Position numbers and translations under genes: made by a program. Source: Bdellovibrionota bacterium (GTDB lineage: Bacteria > Bdellovibrionota_C > UBA2361 > JAAYZI01). Taken from it: a stretch of DNA of 64,000 bases. How positions within the stretch are numbered: the first letter of the stretch is position 1; the number at the start of each line of letters is the position of its first letter. The stretch lies in the NCBI GenBank assembly GCA_050950765.1, contig JBMNIF010000001.1, forward strand, positions 64,001 through 128,000, read 5' to 3'. The notes under the pieces are model-generated. The model saw only the letters and a list, made by a program, of their open reading frames with translations. It did no database searches and was not told the DNA's origin. Below, one piece after another: positions 10,671-18,652 of the stretch.

Positions 10671-11505
10671 ACACCCTTTAGGGAGATGAGAACGGGCTGC
10701 AACTTGCAGAGCGAGTTAGCTAGATCTGGACGGAGGTCAAAAATTTGGTGCCACCCATTAATTTAGGAGAGTGAAAATTTGGTGCCACCCATTAATTTAG
10801 GCAGATTTTGCAGCTTGTCACTGGTGCCACCCTTCAGTTTGGGGGTTAAAAATTTGGTGCCACCCTTCAGGGACAGCAGGACGGGCTGCAACTGCAAAAC
10901 GAATCGGTTAGGTTTTCACGAAGGTTAAAAATTTGGTGCCACCCATCAGTTAAAGGTGGGTGTCCTAATTGCTCTGCTAATAATATCAGGATGTTAGCAA
11001 AAGTTTAGAATTCGGCAGGTTTTGGTGCCACCCTTCAGTAAGACGGGTTCTGGCAGATTTGGCAGGGCTAGGATCTGGTGCCACCCACCAGTAAGACGGG
11101 TTCTGGCAGATTTGGCTGGGCTTAGATCTGGTGCCACCCTTCTTTTTTGCTGCTTTGACGGCTTAAGCGACTGGATGAATTTGGTGCCACCCTTCAGGGA
11201 CAGCAGGACGGGCTGCAACTGCAAAACGAATCGGTTAGGTTTTCACGAAGGAGGTTAAAAATTTGGTGCCACCCATCAGTTTGGGCAGATTTGGGAGCAG
11301 CAGGTTTTGGTGCCACCCTTCAGTTAAAGGTGGGTGTCCTAATTGGCAGCTAATAATATCAGTATGTTAGTAAAAGCCCTGCATTCGGCAGTTTTGGTGC
11401 CACCCACCAGTAGGACGGGATCTGCAGGGCTAGGATCTGGTGCCACCCACCAGTTTAGGCGACTTGCAGATCGGATCGGCTAGGTCTTAACGGGGGTTGA
11501 AAAAT
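10671..11505 (+). repeat. Repeat family A, array 2: mosaic of full units and 13 GGTGCCACCC cores
   Basis: GGTGCCACCC at 10747, 10781, 10823, 10856, 10935, 11024, 11077, 11130, 11183, 11265, 11309, 11396, 11439; ~10851-10950 nearly duplicated at ~11178-11280. Confidence 0.9.
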
Positions 11506-11509
11506 AGAT

Positions 11510-11546
11510 AAAAAAAGGGTGACTCAAAACTCTTTTGAATCACCCC
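11510..11546 (-). terminator. Intrinsic terminator of the candidate sRNA
   Basis: Minus strand GGGTGATTCAAAA-GAG-TTTTGAGTCACCC followed by T7. Confidence 0.85.
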
Positions 11547-11736
11547 GAAAATGAACTCTGACCTCGCTAGTTCATTGAGCTTTTGGTACCCTCGCTACTT
11601 GAACGGTTTTAGATACCAATATCTTAAGTCGTTTTCTGTCATATACCTGAGAAAGCTAGGAATGTGTGTGTGGTAAGGAGGTAGTTCCTCAGGTATTTTG
11701 ACTTCCACAACCTTGCCCTATTGCAGGGCGTTTGTT
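11510..11736 (-). ncRNA. Candidate sigma-54-dependent small RNA (~225 nt)
   Basis: Bounded by a sigma-54 promoter and an intrinsic terminator; no ORF longer than 15 codons seen; stems GCCCU/AGGGC, AAGUC/GACUU, UACCUGAG/CUCAGGUA, UUGGUAUC/GGUACCAA, AAUGAACU/AGUUCAUU; 5' end inferred from the promoter position. Confidence 0.65.
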
Positions 11737-11746
11737 TCTACTCTAA

Positions 11747-11763
11747 AGCAAGTGCTATGCCAA
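11747..11763 (-). promoter_or_regulatory. Sigma-54 (-24/-12) promoter
   Basis: Minus strand TTGGCATAGCACTTGCT = GG-N10-GC with TGGCA and TTGC. Confidence 0.8.
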
Positions 11764-11776
11764 AAAAGTGCTTTTT

Positions 11777-11789
11777 TAACTTATTGAAA
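11777..11789. promoter_or_regulatory. IHF-like site
   Basis: TAACTTATTGAAA versus YAANNNNTTGATW (1 mismatch), in AT-rich DNA between enhancer and sigma-54 promoter. Confidence 0.5.
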
Positions 11790-11852
11790 ATACTTAATTT
11801 TTAAAAAATACTCTATTAGTGCTGGGAAACTTTTGCCTTAATCTTTGACAGC

Positions 11853-11873
11853 ACTGTCGTACATAACGACAGT
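11853..11873. promoter_or_regulatory. Palindromic candidate enhancer (UAS) for a sigma-54 activator
   Basis: ACTGTCGT-acata-ACGACAGT perfect dyad, ~120-135 bp upstream of the inferred +1. Confidence 0.6.
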
Positions 11874-11892
11874 TAAGTAGGATCTTTTTGCT

Positions 11893-12378
11893 TAGTGCCA
11901 CCCTTCAGGGACAACTGAACGGGCTAGAACTGCAAAACGAGTTAGCTAGATCTTCACGGGGGTTAAAAAACTGCTGCCACCCTTCAGGGACGATCGGACG
12001 GGCTGATACTAAAGAGCGAATTAGCTAGGTCTCTACGGAGGTTAAAAATTTGGTGCCACCCTTCAGGGACGATCGGACGGGCTGATACTAAAGAGCGAAT
12101 TAGCTAGGTCTTTACGGAGGTTAAAAATTTGGTGCCATCCACTAAGGACGATCAGTGACGATCGGACGGGCTGATACTAAAGAGCAAGTTGGTTAGGTTT
12201 TGACGGAGGTCAAAAATCTTTTCCATACCTTTCAATGACGGCTGAACGGGCTAGAACTGCAAAACGAATTAGCTAGATCTCTACGGAGGTTAAAAATTTA
12301 GTGCCACCCTTCAGGGACGATCGGACGGGCTGATACTAAAGAGCAAGTTGGTTAGGTTTTGACGGAGGTCAAAAATCT
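11893..12378 (+). repeat. Repeat family A, array 3 (6 units, period 79/79/89/80/79 bp)
   Basis: ACGG(A/G)GGT anchors at 11956, 12035, 12114, 12203, 12283, 12362; unit GGTGCCACCCTTCAGGGACGATCGGACGGGCTGATACTAAAGAGCGAATTAGCTAGGTCTTTACGGAGGTTAAAAATTT. Confidence 0.93.
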
Positions 12379-12620
12379 TTTCAAGACGCTTTTTTTAAGA
12401 GAAAAATACCGAATTGTAGAAAAAATTAAAAAATAAATTATTTAAAAATAATAAATGTCATTTTATCTCAATATATAATGATCATAGGTAGCTGGAATAG
12501 TTTTCAACGGTATAATACACAAGTAATCAACAGGTTTTAAACTTTTGAGGTTGAATCTGCTTTCTGTTATAAACGTAAGGTTGTTTCTGGGTTAACAGTC
12601 TGCATTTTTAATAGTGTATT

Positions 12621-13157
12621 ATGGAAAGTGAAACCTTTCAGATTCGTGTCTCAAAACTGATTCAGAAGTGCCGTAAGGCTGTGCGCTTATACAGCTCGGT
12701 CGGTCGTCTCGCTGGGGTTAAGCAAAACGAGTTTTCAGAACTTCAAGTTGCAGAGTGGAAAGATGTTAACATTCTGCTACTACAAGGGCTTACATCAATT
12801 ATGGAGGTTCCAGGAAGAAAAGGTTTAAGCGCAGATCTGTTTGCCTTAAGAGATCGTTTTTATATGTTGTGGCGTGCTGCGGAGTCCGATATGCACATGC
12901 AACATAAAGATCTGCTGGCAGTAGTTGAAGGGAGCGATTTTATTAAAGCAGCAAAATTAAGTAGTCAGTTAATATCATTAAAAGCAAGGGTGCAAGCGAC
13001 ACAAGCCGCACACCATGAATTACAAGACCTCCTTGATAAAAGTCATCTGGTACCACCTGCTATCGAGCTATCTAAAGAGGCTATACTTTCGGAATCGGTA
13101 GAAGAAGATACCACGTCGTTGGCAAAAGTTATCCCGTTACGTCGCAGATGTATTTAA
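12621..13157 (+). CDS. Hypothetical helical protein with C-terminal KVIPLRRR tail
   Basis: 178-aa ORF with ATG start and natural composition, between two repeat arrays. Confidence 0.75.
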   Translation: MESETFQIRVSKLIQKCRKAVRLYSSVGRLAGVKQNEFSELQVAEWKDVNILLLQGLTSIMEVPGRKGLSADLFALRDRFYMLWRAAESDMHMQHKDLLAVVEGSDFIKAAKLSSQLISLKARVQATQAAHHELQDLLDKSHLVPPAIELSKEAILSESVEEDTTSLAKVIPLRRRCI

Positions 13158-13170
13158 AATAAACAACACT

Positions 13171-13800
13171 TTTTACCTCCGTAAAGATCTAACCAATTCG
13201 TTCTTTAGTTGCACCCCATCCGATCTTCCCTGAAGGGCGACACTTTTAACCTCCGTAAAAATCTAGCTAATTCATCTTGCAGTTACACCCCGCTCCATTG
13301 TCCTTTAAAAGTGTTTTTACCTCCGTCCAGATCTAACCAATTCGTTCTTTAGTAGCAGCCCGTTCGAGCGTCCCTGAAGGGCGACACTTTTTAACCTCCG
13401 TAAAAAACTAGCTAATTCATCTTGCAGTTACACCCCGCTCCATTGTCCTTTAAAAGTGTTTTTACCTCCGTAAAGATCTGGCTAATTCGTTCTTTAGTAG
13501 CAGCCCGTTCGAGCGTCCCTGAAGGGCGACACTTTTTAACCTCCGTAAAAAACTAGCTAATTCATCTTGCAGTTACACCCCGCTCCATTGTCCTTTAAAA
13601 GTGTTTTTACCTCCGTAAAGATCTGGCTAATTCGTTCTTTAGTAGCAGCCCGTTCGAGCGTCCCCAAAGAGTGTTAATTTTTTAACCTCCGTAAAGATCT
13701 AACCAATTCGTTCTTTAGTAGCACCCCGTTCGAGCGTCCCCAAAGAGTGTTAATTTTTTTACCTCCGTAAAAACCTAGCCGATCCCGCTTTGCAAGTCTT
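13171..13800 (-). repeat. Repeat family A, array 4, inverted orientation (9 units)
   Basis: ACCTCCGT at 13175, 13249, 13319, 13394, 13464, 13539, 13609, 13685, 13761 (spacings 74,70,75,70,75,70,76,76); reverse complement of the array 1/3 unit. Confidence 0.93.
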
Positions 13801-13851
13801 AGTTCACTCAACTGCCACCTTGAAGGTGATCCAATCGTTATTGATGGGCAC

Positions 13852-15570
13852 CTACCTATTAACTATAATTAAAGGCGCATTGGCTGTTGTACGCCAAGAG
13901 ATCTTACTAAATCCGTTAGGAAGCGCTACTACATGCGAGCCATCTAAACGTAGCTGCACGCGAAATGATTTAGAAGTTTTTACAAGCATTAAACTTTCAG
14001 GACGCGCACCTAAAGGAAGATCAACCGTGTAACTTTTTTCTCCTCTGCTGTCGGAGAACGTCTCCGGTAAATCTTGAAAAAGAAGAGAGTAACCTTCGTG
14101 AACTAGATCGTTACCCATACCAGCTTTAAAATATTTTAGAGGAATCGTTGCTAGTAGTAACGGACGATTGCTCGGAGTATTAAGGGTGCCGGAATTTTTA
14201 AAAGCCTTAAACTGCGCTTGTGTGATCTTTCCTGAAAAGAAACCGATCTCTAATTCCTTTGATTGTTGTTTCCAGAGGGCAAACGTATCTGCATATTTTG
14301 AAAATAGATATGGTGCTACCTCTTTAGTGCTGTTTATGGTGGTTGTAAAACGTAAGTTCCAGAGCATTGAAACTGAATTTTCATTTAATTCTCTAGAAGA
14401 CCTAAATTGAAACGATATAAAAAGGTCTTCCTTATCCGCTAATCTGTTACACTTTAAAAAGAGAAGATTGTTATTCATCAAATCTGAAGGAAAAAGTTCA
14501 AAGCGATAACTTTTAAGATTTTCAGGCACAACTTTTTCATTCAAGATAAACTCGCCTTTTGAAAAGAAGGTATTGTCACAGTTAAATAGAGCATTCTCCG
14601 TATCAAAAACCATAAGTGCTGCCGGTTCCTTTCCGATTGCAGCAAGAGAGTCGTTTTGTAAGGAGGGGAGGAATTGAAGTTTTCCTTGCTCTTCTTCTGA
14701 GAGCTCTCCCAAGAAAAATGCAAACTCTAAAGTGTTTAATGGAGCTTTATTTTCACCTTTTTTAGCGATATGGCTATCGCTACTAATTATCCGAGTATAA
14801 ACAGATTTAAATGAAAGGTGTATCGTATCGTTTATCGTAACAGATTTAATACCATCCTGCGGAATAATAACATCATCTGTATTAGCATTGTAATAAGTTC
14901 TTTCCGTGACTACACTTTGTGATGTTCCCTCTGAATAAAGTCGGGCGCGTGCTAATGTCAGAAAACTTTCTGTTAAATATATTAGTACAACGGTGAATAT
15001 CAAACTGGGTAATAATAGGCTTCTTGATAATTCTACTCTTCTTTGTACTAAGGTTTTGCAGATTATATCATGCAAAGTTTGCTTTTTAGTTGTAAAAGCA
15101 GCCATTAAGTATCCGATGTAAAACGAAGCTTTTGATAAAATTTTAGCAATGTTCCTAAGGAAAACACGAGAAAAATTACAACGATTATGCTCTGTATCTT
15201 CAATAAATAAGCCGAAAGCGAGTTTGCCAGGAGTCGCTAGTAATGGAGAGCTTTCAAAAATTGTATAATATACAATATCAAGACTTAAGAGTAACAAAAT
15301 AGAGTATAATAAATGATCAGTGAGATTGAATATATCATCTTCCTGAATAGCATCGATAAAAGTGTCAGGTACTATTAGTAAAAATAAGGCAACGCATAAC
15401 GCAATAATAGTTTGATCTAGAATCGTTGCGTATAATCTAAACCAAAATCCAGCAGGAGCTATCTCTTCTTCGGGGACTTCTTCAGGAATTTTCCCAAATG
15501 GTGAATTTTCTAAATTATCTTCAGGTGGTGAAAAAAAACGCTTTCCCATAATCAATCCTAAAACAGGCAT
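13852..15570 (-). CDS. RDD family membrane protein with large C-terminal soluble domain
   Basis: AGFWFRLYATILD, ESS...ATPGKLAFGL, KKQTLHDIICKTLV; start may be the second Met (15549). Confidence 0.8.
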   Translation of the reverse strand: MPVLGLIMGKRFFSPPEDNLENSPFGKIPEEVPEEEIAPAGFWFRLYATILDQTIIALCVALFLLIVPDTFIDAIQEDDIFNLTDHLLYSILLLLSLDIVYYTIFESSPLLATPGKLAFGLFIEDTEHNRCNFSRVFLRNIAKILSKASFYIGYLMAAFTTKKQTLHDIICKTLVQRRVELSRSLLLPSLIFTVVLIYLTESFLTLARARLYSEGTSQSVVTERTYYNANTDDVIIPQDGIKSVTINDTIHLSFKSVYTRIISSDSHIAKKGENKAPLNTLEFAFFLGELSEEEQGKLQFLPSLQNDSLAAIGKEPAALMVFDTENALFNCDNTFFSKGEFILNEKVVPENLKSYRFELFPSDLMNNNLLFLKCNRLADKEDLFISFQFRSSRELNENSVSMLWNLRFTTTINSTKEVAPYLFSKYADTFALWKQQSKELEIGFFSGKITQAQFKAFKNSGTLNTPSNRPLLLATIPLKYFKAGMGNDLVHEGYSLLFQDLPETFSDSRGEKSYTVDLPLGARPESLMLVKTSKSFRVQLRLDGSHVVALPNGFSKISWRTTANAPLIIVNR

Positions 15571-15695
15571 CCGTAAGAAAATACATCTTAAAAATCTAAA
15601 AAATACAAAAGATAGAAGATAGTATCGTTACGCCGCTTAGATCGGTATTTTTGCATCAAAAGTTTAGAACGATCTCTATTTATGCAGAATCCTTA

Positions 15696-16175
15696 TTATT
15701 TAAAGGTTATTTCTGTTCCTACCTCAATCCCAACTTCTTTAGCTGTACCGGCGTTAAGCTCTATAACGTAGAGGCTTGGCTTCTTAATAGAAAGTGTTTT
15801 TTCACTCATAATCTTAGCATCGTTAATAATACCGACGACTTTCTGATCCTTACTGATAAAGATTAGATCGAGAGGGATAAAGGTGTTTTTCATCCAGAAG
15901 GTTTGAATCTGCTCTTCCGGATAGATAAAGATCATCCCTTCATCAGCAGGCATCGATTTAACGTACATCAAGCCCCGTTCTCGTTTAGCGTCGGTATCGG
16001 CAACTTTTAACGTAAAGGTAGAGCTCTCCTGACCCGTCGCATTTTTAAAAGCAACATACATTTTATCTGCAGCGCTTCCGTGCAAGGAAAAGGAGACGTT
16101 ATTAAGAATAAAAATACAGGCAGCAAGTAAACAAAAAAAAGATATGAAAGCGATTTTTGTATTGTTTTTAGCCAT
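15696..16175 (-). CDS. DUF192 family protein
   Basis: VADT..RERGLM, GMIF, FWMKNTFIPLDLIF, VIELNAG. Confidence 0.9.
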   Translation of the reverse strand: MAKNNTKIAFISFFCLLAACIFILNNVSFSLHGSAADKMYVAFKNATGQESSTFTLKVADTDAKRERGLMYVKSMPADEGMIFIYPEEQIQTFWMKNTFIPLDLIFISKDQKVVGIINDAKIMSEKTLSIKKPSLYVIELNAGTAKEVGIEVGTEITFK

Positions 16176-16334
16176 CTCTTTAAGATCCTATGCAAAGTAA
16201 TGTTAAATCGTAAGGTAGCAGAATTTCGCTTAAATGGGCAGTTTAAAAATTGCATTACAACAGAAAGAGACGAATAAATTCTAATACTAAGAAAGATCTA
16301 TCTAAAAGATAATGCTGAACTTTTTTTGAAGGAG

Positions 16335-16351
16335 TTGGCAGAGATATTGCT
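16335..16351 (+). promoter_or_regulatory. Sigma-54 (-24/-12) promoter of flgE
   Basis: TTGGCAGAGATATTGCT = GG-N10-GC, ~110 bp upstream of the flgE ATG. Confidence 0.75.
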
Positions 16352-16461
16352 TAATCAAAGAAGTAACAACGAATAAGAGCGAAAAAAGATAAAAAAGGGG
16401 CAATAAGTATCATTTAGGGCAAGATGGTAGGAAAAAATTGCTCGTTAATAATGAGGTTAGG

Positions 16462-17709
16462 ATGAGATTAGAAACAGCGTTGTCTACCAGTAGAGAGGGG
16501 ATAAATGTTCACGGACAAGCGATCGCCGTTGTCGGTGATAATATCTCTAATGCCAGCACGACGGGTTATAAAGCATCACGTGCAGAGTTCGCCGATCTTT
16601 TGGCTGATTCGGCCAACCCATCAGGAACCATAGTACACTCCGGTTGCGGCGCTACTCTGCAATGCGTGCGCACCCTCCATCAAACTGGAATTATCGAAAA
16701 CACAGGACGCAGCCTTGATCTTGCTATCGGTGGAAACGGGTTCTTCCTTGTAGGAAGTGCTGAAAGTCCGAACTTAACTAGAGCTGGTAATTTTCAGATC
16801 GGTCGAGATGGTTACTTAGAAACTGCTAGTGGCGATAAAGTGCTCGGCTTTAGTGGCGCAGACGGCACAACGCTCGGACCTATCAATATGTTGGATGTTA
16901 ATGTTACGGGTAGTCCTACGGGTAATATTAAGGTAGGAGGAAACCTTAGTAGTATGAGTGAAATTACTGCGCCACCAACAGCAGCAACCACTTTTCAAGA
17001 TATAAATAGAGCTGCTTCATTCTCATCTTCTGTTGAGATTTATGATTCTCTTGGTGGCAGACACGCTGTCTCCCTAAGCTTTTTTAAAACAGGTGATGGA
17101 GCGTGGAAAGCACAAGCTTTTGTGGATAGTGCAGAAACAGGCGGTACTGCCGGAGTGCCGCAACTTATCGGAGAGATAGATCTCGGATTTGATGAATATG
17201 GGCAGATCACAGCAGGTTCTAATGCAACTATGAACGCTAATGTTACATTTGCTGGGGCAGCAGCATCAGCTATCGCCATAGATTTTTCTGCTATGACACA
17301 GTTTGCTAATCAATCATCTATTAACAATGTCAATGCTGATGGACAAGGTGCGGGAGATATAACGGGGTATGAGATGTTGGAAGACGGTTCAATTCTAGCA
17401 CGCTTAAGCACCTCAGATGCTATTAAGGTTGGAACTATTCAACTTGGAACTGTGCAAAATATTGATGGTTTAGTGCGCGATGGTAACGGTCTTTATATGT
17501 TATCTGGAACTTCAGGAGAGTTGATTGTGGGAAGCCCCAATTCAAATTATTTTGGTTCTCTTGAAGGATCTTCTTTAGAAAATTCAACAACGGATCTAGC
17601 AACTGAATTTGTAAACTTGGTTATCTTACAACGTGGATATCAAGCTAATTCGAGTATGCTAAGTGAAGTCGGAACGTTGCTAAGAGAAACGATCTCTCTC
17701 TTACGCTAA
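16462..17709 (+). CDS. flgE: Flagellar hook protein (FlgE family)
   Basis: VVGDNISNASTTGYK, TGRSLDLAIGGNGFF, TRAGNF, IYDSLGGRH, LENSTTDLATEFVNLVILQRGYQANS; ATG 16462 with GAGG RBS. Confidence 0.9.
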   Translation: MRLETALSTSREGINVHGQAIAVVGDNISNASTTGYKASRAEFADLLADSANPSGTIVHSGCGATLQCVRTLHQTGIIENTGRSLDLAIGGNGFFLVGSAESPNLTRAGNFQIGRDGYLETASGDKVLGFSGADGTTLGPINMLDVNVTGSPTGNIKVGGNLSSMSEITAPPTAATTFQDINRAASFSSSVEIYDSLGGRHAVSLSFFKTGDGAWKAQAFVDSAETGGTAGVPQLIGEIDLGFDEYGQITAGSNATMNANVTFAGAAASAIAIDFSAMTQFANQSSINNVNADGQGAGDITGYEMLEDGSILARLSTSDAIKVGTIQLGTVQNIDGLVRDGNGLYMLSGTSGELIVGSPNSNYFGSLEGSSLENSTTDLATEFVNLVILQRGYQANSSMLSEVGTLLRETISLLR

Positions 17710-17729
17710 AAAAATTAAAATATGAAGCT

Positions 17730-17760
17730 TAAAAGCCAACTGTAAAATAGTCAGCTTTTA
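17730..17760. terminator. Possible terminator between convergent flgE and pilin
   Basis: TAAAAGC...GCTTTTA stem with imperfect interior. Confidence 0.35.
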
Positions 17761-17778
17761 AGCTTTTAAAAATAATGT

Positions 17779-18150
17779 TTAACCGAGTCCTCCTTCTCCA
17801 ATAAATCCGCCTTCTCGACTATCCCACAGAAAGATTTTACCTGTACCTTTCGGGTGAGAGGCTTGCGCCTGAAAACCTTCATCATCAGCTGTAATTGAAA
17901 GCTCTACACCTGCGGAGAGCGCTGCAAAACCAGGTAGGCTTGTACAAGCTGCATTACTGCAAGCCAGATACTCTTCATTATCCATAAAATACGCCTCTTC
18001 TGCGATAGCAGCGTTATGCAAGTCGCTCAAAGCGCGAGTATCAAAGGCGCGTTGCTTATAAGAGTTGTATTGCGGTACGGAGATCGCCGTTAAAACGGAA
18101 ACGATCGTGAGAACTACTAATAATTCCAATAAGGTGAATCCATGATCCAT
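17779..18150 (-). CDS. Type IV pilin-like protein (prepilin N-terminal methylation motif)
   Basis: G|FTLLELLVVLTIVSVLTAISVPQY with Glu at +5; A.SDL.N...AEEAYF. Confidence 0.88.
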   Translation of the reverse strand: MDHGFTLLELLVVLTIVSVLTAISVPQYNSYKQRAFDTRALSDLHNAAIAEEAYFMDNEEYLACSNAACTSLPGFAALSAGVELSITADDEGFQAQASHPKGTGKIFLWDSREGGFIGEGGLG

Positions 18151-18370
18151 AAAAATACTCCATTAATAATTAACGTTATAAAAAATGCACTGAAGAAAAA
18201 ATTCTTCAGATGTTAAATTTTCGTAGAAAATGGAGTATTCGTTGCCTGTGGTCCCTGCTTTTTTTACAAAAAATAAAAATTATATTGCATCTCTCTTAGC
18301 AGATAAGACAGAGAGGAGAGGCTTGGTTTTTCTAAAGATCTTAAAATGAAATTTTACACAAAAGAATTAC

Positions 18371-18652
18371 TTAGAGCTTGCTGATTACTCTTTCCATGAT
18401 ACTTGCTAAGTTTGATCTGATAATAGTTGCGAAACGTTCTTTTATTAAGGGTTGTGCTGCTTCAAAATGCTCTTTAAGCCCTGTTGTAATAGTATGGATA
18501 AGTTCGTGGTATTCTACACAGTCAATGTCAATGAAGATGCCGCTTTCTTCGTTGTAAGAACAGGGAAGTTTATTATTACAAAGAAGCCATAAAATAGATG
18601 TGTCTGAAAAACCGCTCAGCTCTTTAAATTCAGAGAGTGATATCTTTGTCAT
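18371..18652 (-). CDS. Small hypothetical protein (possible MerR/excisionase-like N-terminal HTH)
   Basis: 93 aa, ATGA overlap with the upstream activator; ISLSEFKELSGFSDTSILWLLCNNKLPC. Confidence 0.65.
   Translation of the reverse strand: MTKISLSEFKELSGFSDTSILWLLCNNKLPCSYNEESGIFIDIDCVEYHELIHTITTGLKEHFEAAQPLIKERFATIIRSNLASIMERVISKL

Noticed and set aside
10741..11460. CRISPR array built on GGTGCCACCC repeats
   Set aside because: Core is only ~10-18 bp, spacing is irregular, linkers are duplicated among themselves, and no cas genes are in the window
11672..11684. Plus-strand RBS (TAAGGAGGT) for an unannotated small gene
   Set aside because: No start codon at suitable spacing; promoter and terminator polarity point to the minus strand
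18151..18370. Sigma-54 promoter for the pilin gene
   Set aside because: No GG-N10-GC with TGGC/TTGC context found on the minus strand
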